The position numbers and the translations under genes are program-made. Under the pieces are notes generated by a model that saw nothing but the letters and a program-made list of their open reading frames with translations, made no database searches and was not told the DNA's origin. This document shows, piece after piece, positions 52,779 to 62,154 of a DNA stretch of 62,154 bases; within the stretch, counting starts at the first letter, position 1; each line of letters starts with the position of its first letter. Source of the stretch: Guillardia theta CCMP2712 (Eukaryota; Protista; Cryptophyta); the NCBI RefSeq assembly GCF_000315625.1, contig NW_005434564.1, forward strand, positions 59,079 to 121,232, written 5' to 3'.

Positions 52779-53760
52779 AGAAGAAGAAGGCACCTGCTGT
52801 AGGGTGGGGAGGTCAACCTTGTTGTTCCCCTGCTCGTCAGCGAGAGCAAAGAGCGCATGCACGATCGCCTGCTGCTCCCTGCTCAGCCTCCGCTCGTGGC
52901 AGCTGCGACGGACCTCCTCCTTCAGCCCGTCCTCCTCCTCCCTCATGGCGTGCATGCAACGCTCCTGGAGAACTCGCGTCGGGGTCCAGGGGAAGCAAAC
53001 TTTCATGATGTCTAGCAGGGAAACTTTCCCGTTGCTGCTCGCCTTCACCTCCTCTTCCTCCACACTAGCGCCGGCCGTGCTCAGCATGCTGTGCCGCATT
53101 GTGAGTGAAGAACGAGGGAGAGGACGTGGGATGGAGAGATGGAGAGGGAGCGGAGGGGGGGAGGAAAGTGATGAAGGAGGGGAGAGGAAGCGAGTTCACA
53201 AGAGTGGAGGGGAGAATAACAGGAAGGGGAGGATGAGGAGGAAGGGAGGAAAGGAGGAAGGAAGGAGAGCAGAGAGCCGGGAGAATTCGTGCGTGGTGAG
53301 GAGTGGGGGGGTGGAGGAGGAAGGGGTTTTAGGGGGAGGAGGAGGAGGAGGGAGGTTGATACCTGTACGCCTCCTCTCTCGTCAGCCAGGCCCCGCTCCT
53401 GACCTGCTTCATCATGCGCAGGATCTTGGCATCCACGTGCTCCTCGTCACCAGAGGAAGGAGGAAGTCTGCTCCTGCTCGCCACCAGCCTCATCTCTTCC
53501 TCCGAAGCTTCTTCCAGCTCAAGCTCCTCCAACATTCTGCGATGGCCTTGATGAGCTGGAGACGGTCACCTGAGATATACCCTGGAGGAGAAGAGGGGGC
53601 GAGGAGGAGAAGGAGGAGGAGAAAAGGAGGAGAAGTGGAGAAGAAGAGCAGGAGATGCCCTTTCAGACTGCTCCTCCCTAGCTCTAAGAAATTTTCACTG
53701 GTCAGACGCTGCCTTGCCTTGGCAGGACCCGGCAAAGTGCACAGCAACGCTCAGCGGCTA
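52574..53760 (-). CDS. Multi-exon hypothetical protein with an EF-hand-like motif (start probably further upstream, near 54.1-54.3 kb)
   Basis: Exon reading LSREQQAIVHALFALADEQGNNKVDLPTLQQ; neighbouring exons flanked by GT/AG. Confidence 0.4.
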
Positions 53761-53792
53761 CCTGAACTGCTCAGCCGGTTCCGATGTCTCGC

Positions 53793-53835
<43 letters not shown>

Positions 53836-54399
53836 TGCTGCTGCTCCTGCTCCTGCTCCCTTGGCTTTCTCTAGGCTTCCTTCAGCCGCGTGACTGCTCA
53901 GCGCTTCCTCCTCCGCCAGCTGGCCGCTGCCAGTCAGTCAGTGACTGCAGTACGTGCAGCGATTACATGGCCCTCCTCTCCGCCTCCGCCTCCCCTATCA
54001 TCACGCTGCTCAACCCCCTCCTCCTTCTCCGAGTCATCATTGGGCCTCGACTCGTTTCTTCCCTCAGTGGGCCATGACGGCCGGGGCAGCTGCCTCCAAG
54101 TTGAAAGATGCTCATGACTCAGGCTATCAGTCATGGTGCTTAGCTACCCCGAGGCTCCTCACTGCGGCAGCAGCCTCCGGGGAGTCCTCTCTCATGCCGC
54201 TACCAGTTGCTCAGTCCTCTCAGGCTCATGCAGCTGAGAGGCCGCTACTAGCCTACTGCTCGTCCGACGGGAGTCAGTGACGTCGCCGCCGGCTGTTCAA
54301 CCGCAGGCCACAGCGACGGACATGGCGGGGAGCGACGGACATGGCGGGGAGCGAGCAAACAAAAACATCAAAGCCTGCCCGGCCCCGGAAGTTTCAAGT

Positions 54400-54960
54400 G
54401 CCACATGATTGGAGCTGAGTGACTCGCCGAGGCCGGGCCCCGCCGGGCGGGCCGCCGGCCCCCCGGGGCCGGCGGCCGCGCGCCGCGCCGCCGCGCCCCA
54501 CCCGCTCAGTGCCCGGCCCGCCGCCGTCACGGGCACGGTCACCGCCCCGGCCTGGTCGGACCGCTGGCAGCGGCTTACTACCGAGTGTAGTACTACTACC
54601 GTCACTAGTACTCAAAGGCCGCGCGCCGCGCCGCCGCGCCCCACCCGCTCAGTGCCCGGCCCGCCGCCGTCACGGGCACGGTCACCGCCCCGGCCTGGTC
54701 GGACCGCTGGCAGCGGCTTACTACCGAGTGTAGTACTACTACCGTACTCAAAGTTCAAAATAAATTCAGCGAGGAGCCCTCGCGAATCCCGGCGTGGCAG
54801 CGGCGCGGCCCACCGGGCCGGGCCGCGGCCTCAGGCTCTCGATCCCGGCCGGGCGTCACGGCGCATCCCCCCCGGACCCGGCGTTCGGCCGCGCCGGCGG
54901 GCGCCGGCCCGCCGGGCCCGGGGGCCGCCGGCGGGCCGGACGGTCTCAGTCTATTATTAC
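54400..54960. other. GC-rich palindrome-dense island
   Basis: Very high GC, same vocabulary as the other islands. Confidence 0.65.
54474..54745. repeat. Direct tandem duplication, about 129 bp identical, period 143 bp
   Basis: GGCCGCGCGCCGCG...GAGTGTAGTACTACTACCGT at 54474-54602 and 54617-54745. Confidence 0.9.
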
Positions 54961-55099
54961 CCGGTACCCAGTGGCACGGTGACCGCTGAAGTGAAACTCG
55001 TACGGTACTCCGACGGTTATGAGCCCGCCGCTCGGAGTTTCACAGGGCCTGACTGGTCGCCAAGTTTGAAGCTGACAGTTACGTGGAGACCCAAAGCCC

Positions 55100-57310
55100 T
55101 AGTGGAAGCGTTACACGGTACCCACCCTCTGATATACGAGTATTTCGATTTCGAAATGGAGGGTAGGGGTACTCCCCTCCTTCTTGCGAAGAATGTGGGT
55201 AGTTACGGTAAAGGGAGGGGGTAGTCTTGAGAGAAGATGGTGGGGTGCTGAAAGACAAATGTGGGGGTGGGGGTGGTAGAAGGAGGTGTATCTGTGCAAA
55301 ACCCAGTGGTAGGCAAGCATTGGGAGTCATATTGAGGGGTAGTAAGCCTTTTACAAGAATTTTGACAGGGTGGGTGGTACACCCTTTAGTTTCCAAGTCT
55401 CACGAAATACGTTCAAGTCAGCAGAAGATGATGGGAGTGGGGTGGGGTATATCATTTCGAAAGTGGGGTAGTCTTGAGAGAGGTGGGGTAGGTGGATGGT
55501 GGGTGTTGGTTATTGGGGGTGGAGTATGAAGTGGGAATCTTTTTTGAGGTTTTTTTTTGGAGTATGTTTGACTAAATTTGGTGGGTGGGTCACAAAAGGA
55601 TCCACTCATGGACCCTATGTTTCTCTTGTGATCATTTGGAATTGACCAGGGTGGGTAATCTCTCGCAGGGGTAGCTGACCAGTGATGGCTAATCCAGCTT
55701 TCGACAGGGTTGTCAACAAAAACACCAAACTTTGAATCTAAAGTTTCAAATATAAACATATCATTTTTAAAAAATGAAATAATTTCAGGTGTATACCGTC
55801 TGGGCACACAAAGCCCCGTGGGTCCGGCAAGCAAGGCCCCACCACCCTGCTGCTAATCTTTCAGGACCCACTACCCCCCATATCTACTTGTATGACCGTG
55901 TCCTTTCCCTGTTCGTTCCGTACCCCCTCGTCGGAGCCACCTCTACGTCCCGTACCCCTGTCTTCATCTGAAAACCCTGCATACCTGCAGGGGATCCGAG
56001 TACCCGTACCCACTGCACAAGATCTTTACCCCCTTACCTACTGACCACCCGTGGGTTGACTTTTGTGTACCCACCGGACACAATCGTCATGGACCCCACC
56101 CCCACCACTTGTACCCCACTTCTCTGAAATTGAAGGTCAAAAATTAACCCAACAAAAACCACCCCACCCTACTCGACAGCAAATACAAGGCACTTTGTCG
56201 CTCCAAACCTCTCATTTTCGTGTCCTCTCACCCGAACTTTCAAATTTGTGCCCACCCCTGCTCGTGGACCACCCCCTGTTTTGGGCCCCTACCCTAATAT
56301 CCTGATTTGGAGAAGTACGTCTCCCCGTTCAAGAGCAACCCCCCACCGGTAAGGCCGCATCCCACCCTACCTTACCCTAGAACAAGTACCCTACCCTATC
56401 TCTGTCAACTCCTGATCCTATCCTTCCGCCAGCCTCATCCACTTTTGTCACATTAGGTACCCCACCTCACCCCACCCCACCTCACCCCACCCCACAGCAC
56501 CTAGACTATTAATTTTCTACCCCTCCCTTTGCCATGATGTTCATCCACCCAGATCGCCGGATCTCATACAGGATCGCAAATCTTTGATGTAATCTCGGTG
56601 TAGCTTCTGAATTTAAGACTCTTACTGTGTACCCCATTTTTTGATAATCAATCGCGTGTTTGGTGACCATGGGGTGGTCTTAAATACGAACCGAAGGATG
56701 AAGATTACCCTACCCCCCACCTTTGCTTTAGGCATGCCCATTGCCTCGTAACCGCTGCAATGATGACGTAACGAGATGTACCCCCGATTTCTATATGACC
56801 TACCCCCTATCTACTAGGGTGCCGAGACAATGGAACGGGTCCTTCCAGGAATTTCTATATGCGACCACCCTACCCCCTATTTGTTTGACTACCCAGGGGT
56901 GTACGAACATCACCGAACAAACTTCTCCTCTCTACTACCCCCTACCTTCCCTGTGCCCCACCATTCCTACAGCACCATACCTACCATTTGGTCGGATCCC
57001 ACTACCCCCTCCACCCTACAATACTCTGAAACTACCCACCCAACCATATCTGGTCGGAGGACATATAATTCCCTTCGCATCCATGTCCCACCCTACCCAC
57101 AAAACACATTTCATATTACCCCACCCATTCCATAAAATAGGAAAAGTACCCCTCCTGTAACATGATCCCAAAGGTGTACCACCCTACCCCCGGTTTCTAA
57201 TTCCATGCTCTGGACCACCCTTTCCTCTCTTGGCCTGACCGGAGGCACCGTCAATGATCTTTGACCACCCCAATTTCACCCTGCAACTACCCACCCTCCG
57301 CACCTCGCCG
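55100..57310. other. Strand-skewed GGGTA-rich then TACCC-rich intergenic tract
   Basis: G-rich on + to about 55710, an AT-rich pivot near 55730-55790, C-rich afterwards. Confidence 0.6.
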
Positions 57311-58232
57311 CTCGACGTAGCGCCTCCTCCCCCCATGCATGCGGCGCGTTCAACGCGAAATGCACTCAAAAATACTCTGTATAGAAGCAGGATCCGCACA
57401 TGTGCCAATGATAATGGCACAATACAAGATGATCGTGCATGTTTTCTAGAAGAAACCTCGTTGTAGGCAGAAAGCAGATGGCAATCAGTCGCACAGATGG
57501 ACTCTAACATGTCCGTTAGCCGCGCTGGGCAGAGGTTGATGGTGGGTCGATGCCAGCAGGATCACTTAGTTGCAGAAGCTTGATGGAGCCGAAAATATTG
57601 TTGCATGCTATAGTTTTCAGGGTACGCGAGCGTTCTCAGTGCTATGGATCACTCGTATCCAGGCGACAGTTCGCCGTTTTAACTGCCCAACACTGTTTCC
57701 CTTGAATTGGATTTTAGAATCTGTTTGTGCTTGTCTGCAATTCATTTGTATCTGTGGTCAAGTTGTTGGGATGGTGTTGATAAACTTGAAAGAATCACCA
57801 TACAATCATTTGTATGCTGATGGTTGTATTTGATTTCCCCACTGCCTTATTTGGCACATGATCGTGTTCAGCTAAGGTCGGGTTAGAAATAGATTTTCAT
57901 GATTGATGTGAACGAGCGATGACGGAATCTTGAGGCCTTTCCGTGCTTGCGTGTGAAGGAGAGGTTTGTTGTGATGCTCACGTTCTTGTGTTTACAGCCG
58001 GCATCACTCCTGCTCCTCACGCCCTCAGATCGCCGGCGGCGGCTGCGTCGGAGACGAGGGCGTGGTTTGCAGCCAGATACCCCTGAGGGTCAGAATTGTT
58101 ATTTCTCGCCTGTGAACTGAAAGAGAACAAGAGACTACTTGCTGCTTACTGAGAAGATATCACATTGACAACGACGATCTAGCTAGAGCTGTTTTGGGCG
58201 AGCGAAGGGAACAGGCTTTACCTCCTGCAAGG

Positions 58233-60932
58233 ATGCCTCCTTGTGCTAAGGGAGAAGCGGCGACACAGGGGATAAAGACGAAGCCTATCATCACTCTCGA
58301 GCAGCTGAAAGCCCACGACAAGAAGGGGGATGTCTGGGTCGCGATAGAAGGGAAGGTGTATGACGTGTCAAAGTGGGCTGCTCACCATCCGGGGGGGGAA
58401 CACCTCTTGGAGAATATGGCGGGTGAGTGACGCAAGTCAGGAGGTATGTGTACCTGAGAGTTGCTGCCAGGACAAGATGCAACGGCTGTCTTCCTAGCGT
58501 TTCACACCGAGCATGGAAGGTGCTGCCCCAGACACCCAGACTCTGTTTCTTAATTGCCCCTTCGTGATTCTACTGCAATTTGTTTTGCCTTGTTGTGTCC
58601 TCTTTGTTTTCTTTGGAGTGTCTGAAATGTTCTACCTGTTTTTCGTTGTATAATTGTTTTTATGCACAGCGGCGGTCAGGCAAGAAAGATCTTACAGTTT
58701 TTGCCACACGTCGCTGACGTGTATCTGCCTCCCGAGACCAAGCTACAGGTTAGTTACTTGTGGCACCGAATTTTGTACATGTCCTTGATTAACTTTCTCT
58801 GTTCAGATTGCATTCAGAAAGCTGCGGGATCAAGTGGACAGTGATGGGTTGTACAAAACAAGTGTTTCATTCTATGTATGTTTGGGCATCTGGATAGCAT
58901 TCCTATTCTCGGCGATGTTGTACCTTACGCTGACTGCGCACAACATCGCACAAGCGATTTTTGCTGGGGCTGTCTTTGCTCTGTTCTTGCAACAGGTTCA
59001 AGTGTTGTGCGGGAACTGTGAGTTGCTCTAACGACTGTCTTGCAGTGTGCTTTTGTTGGACATGACACCTCGCACAACGGCATTACCCATCGACGATTGT
59101 GATCTCATTGGCTGGACTTTCATCGGGACTAACTGCGTCTGCAGCACTGACAGTGTGATCGGCTGGATCATTGGGCCATCGGTGACAGGCATCTCGACGG
59201 CCTGGTGGAAGCGAAGGTTTGTCACCTTGATAGCTTTTTCCTCGTGAAAGTACGAGACGACCTTTGACGGTTTGTCCTCTAGTCACAATGCGCATCATGT
59301 AGTGACAAATTCCACCACCCACGATCCTGACATCCAGGTAATAAAGCGATTTTCTTCATGACCTGCGATGGAACTGATTCCATTCCACAGCACATGCCGG
59401 CTTTTGCCATCACCGAAGATCTTTTCAAGAAAGGAGGAACATGGTGCTGACTATTCCCTTTGTCTCTGCATGCTACAGATTCGCAGTTCTTGGTCAATAT
59501 TCTTGTAGTTGGGCTTGATTTATGTTGAGTTGATCTCGTTTTGTGACATCGTGTTTCATCTCTGTTTGCACTTGATGAGTTGCACTGACCTGTACCTCTT
59601 TGCAGGTCATATTATCACAAGCGTCTGTTTCACTTTGACTCCTTGGCGAAGTTTCTCATCTCATATCAGGTCTGCAGTCTTTTCTCCTCGTGGCGTCGCC
59701 CATAACGTCCTGCTTCCAGCATTTCTTCTATTACCCGATCATGTCGTTTGCACGGCTAAATCTTTACCTCCAAAGTTGGTTGTTGGTGCTGAATTTCGAC
59801 GTCAAGATGGAGTACCGTACGGTCGAGATCGCATGCCTGATGATCTACTGGACCTGGCTCTCCCTCCTCATCTCCTGCATGCCCTCCGTGCAGCTGCGCC
59901 TGGCCTTCTTCTTCACGTCGCACATGCTTGCCGGCATCCTCCACGTGCAGATCACGATCTCTCACTTCTCCATGCCGACCTACACAGGTCTGAAGATGAC
60001 GAGGAGGGAAAGCAGGAGAAGCAGGGGAAGCGATGGAGGAAGCGAAGGAGGAGAAGAGGCGGGGGGAAGGGGGAAGCAGGAGGATGAAGATGAACGGGGG
60101 GGAGAGGGGGGCAAGGGCAAAGAAGGAATTCTTGTTTGATCCTTTATGGTCAGGTGCATCCTTCCCTGCACATCCAGGGGAAGAGTTTCTGCGGCAGCAG
60201 CTGTATACCTCGATGGACTTGGAGTCTTACTGGTGGAACAACTGGTTCTATGGCGGACTGCAATGGCAGGTTGGATGCCCTCCTGTGCCTGCCCTCTGCT
60301 CGTTCCACCGTCTCGCGTCCTCCTTCCTGCGTTGCCCCTCCTCCTCTTGCCTGTCTCCTTCCCTCTGCTCGTCCGCCTGCTAACAGGAGCGACAGGTTGC
60401 TCATCACTTGTTTCCTCGACTGCCTCGTCATAACCTTCCGGAGGTGAAAAAGAGGCTTCAAGTGCTGTAAGTCAGGAGGAGACAGGGGAGGCGACACCAG
60501 ACGAGGAGCGAGGGGAGAGGCAGAATGGCGAGGGGGAGAGGGGAGGGGAGGGGAGGGAAGAAGTGTTAATGGTCGGAGGGTCTGACCTGTCATAGGTGCC
60601 AAGAGCACGGGCTCGAGTACAAGAGCGTGGGGTGGTGGAAGGGAAATGCAGAGATTCTATATTCTCTCCGCAAGGCAGCCATGAAGGCTCGCTCAACCAA
60701 GGTGGGTGGAGATGGTTGTAAGGATACAAGGGGGAGGGGAGAAGTGAAGGATGACGGGAAAGTGAGAGGAGGGGAGGGAAGGCGAGGAAGGAGAGGGAGT
60801 AGGATACGAGTGGAGAAGAGAGAAGGGGAAAGGAGAAGAGGGGAGGAAGGGAGGGAGGAGATAACAAAGTGTCTGCAGGTCATCAGCTTCCAGGAGAGTT
60901 TGCTCTGGGCTGGGATGAACGCGGAGGGCTGA
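58233..60932 (+). CDS. Cytochrome b5-fused front-end fatty acid / sphingolipid desaturase (delta-6/delta-8 type), multi-exon
   Basis: b5 domain WVAIEGKVYDVSKWAAHHPGG; His boxes GHDTSH, WWKRSHNAHH and QVAHHLFP; also HDPDIQHMP and YYPIMSFARLNLYLQS. Confidence 0.93.
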
Positions 60933-61291
60933 AAGCTCGAGAGTTTGTAAATAGACCCAAAATGTTCGTGGAGCCTCTGTGTGCTCCAGAAACCTCCAGG
61001 AGAAGCCCAGCTGATGGGCCGGGCCTGTGGCAGGTGGACAGCCTAGAGCGCGGCAGAGGATCTAGAGTATTGACAACTATGTACTTAAGGTTCGTTTCAT
61101 TTCAAGCAATCGAACCTGTCTCCCCGGTGCCCTCCCATACTGCTCCTTCTCCTTCTCCTGCTCCTCCTCCTGCTCCTGCTCCTCTTGTCTTCTTCCTCCT
61201 CTGCTCGTTCTCCTCACCCTCTGTTCGTGTTCCGGTCACTGTCGTTCCTCGCGTCTGCTGTCCTCGCGTTATGGCTCCATCCTCTCCGGGC

Positions 61292-62154
61292 TTACAAGGG
61301 CATGTCCGGGATCCCAACGATTTTCTCCAGTTTTTTCTGAGGTCCCGTCAGAGAAAAAACGGGGAGAGGAAGGAGGGAGAGAGGAAAGAGATGTAAGAGT
61401 TGTGAAGGAGGAGGGGGAGGGGGAGGGGAAGAGACGAAGCTGGTGAAGGACGAAGGAGATAGGAAGGTGAGGGAGGAAGAGAACAGCACAGGAGGAAGGA
61501 AACATGGCCGAGAAAGGAAAGGAGGAAAAGGGCTGGGGAGGACAGGAAGAGCATTGCGGACATTCTTGTATTCCAGTTCCTTGAGCTTATCCTGCTGCTC
61601 GCTCATGATTAAAACGCCTGCTGATGAGTCAGTCCTCCTCCTCCTCCTCCTCCTGCTTTACTTTCGATTCTCTCCATCGTCGACGATCTTCTGTATCCTC
61701 TCCTCGTAGGACGCTGTGGTGACCTGCATCTGTGAACCAGCTCAGCTCGAGGAAAACAAAAATTCAGCTTCTCCTCCTCCTCCTCCTCCTCCTCGTCCTG
61801 CTCCTCCTTCTGCTGCTGCTCCCATCCATTCCATCCCCATCTAACCTTCCTCTTCGCTTCTTCCTCCTGCTGTTGAAGTTTCTGCTTCAGCGCCGCAAGC
61901 TCGCTCTTGATCTTTTGCTCCCGGTCCTTCGCCTGCCAGTCACTTAGCGACCGCATTTCCAACCCATTCCCTCCTCCCCCCGCCTCCTCGTCCTCTCTCC
62001 GCATTCCTTCACCACCTCGCTTGTCCTCCTCTAGTAACATCTGTCCTCCTTCCCTCCCTCCCCCCCTCCCTCCCCACCTTGACTGCCTCGTCGTCCAGCT
62101 CTGCGATCCGCACGTCCTTACGTGCTCGGACTGTATGAAGTCAAGAACGACGAA
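61292..62154 (-). CDS. 3' exons of a coiled-coil hypothetical protein running off the window
   Basis: Exon-like AKDREQKIKSELAALKQKLQQQEEEAKRK, SEQQDKLKELEYKN and PQKKLEKIVGIPDMPL* with GT/AG borders. Confidence 0.5.

Overview
This is eukaryotic nuclear DNA, not prokaryotic. It is gene-dense, with many short (about 45-60 nt) GT-AG introns carrying CTGAC/CTAAC branch points, microsatellite-filled longer introns and six assembly gaps. The style and gene content suggest a cryptophyte alga of the Guillardia/Hanusia type (inference). Most ORFs in the supplied track are artefacts of repeats or unspliced reading, so gene models were spliced by hand. Left to right: a PA-domain protein; a cluster of six short variant RWP-RK transcription factor genes (WPYTNKG-type motif, one shared intron); a glycosyltransferase-methyltransferase fusion; the first of two paralogous 85/86-aa Trp/Asn/Asp-rich microprotein genes; a co-chaperone chimera (SGT1-type TPR + NudC-N-like + CHORD + CS); a UBA-UBA-coiled-coil TKL kinase; a PDZ/coiled-coil protein; a CEP78-like LRR protein; a cNMP-PDZ-PDZ protein; the second microprotein gene; a small myristoylation-motif protein; a canonical RWP-RK gene; poorly resolved hypothetical exons; and a cytochrome b5-fused front-end desaturase. 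Intergenic regions carry recurrent GC-rich palindrome-dense islands and strand-skewed GGGTA/TACCC tracts. The best novelty candidates are the Hsp90 co-chaperone chimera, the variant RWP-RK array and the microprotein pair. Domain calls rest on motif recognition only; no database search was run.
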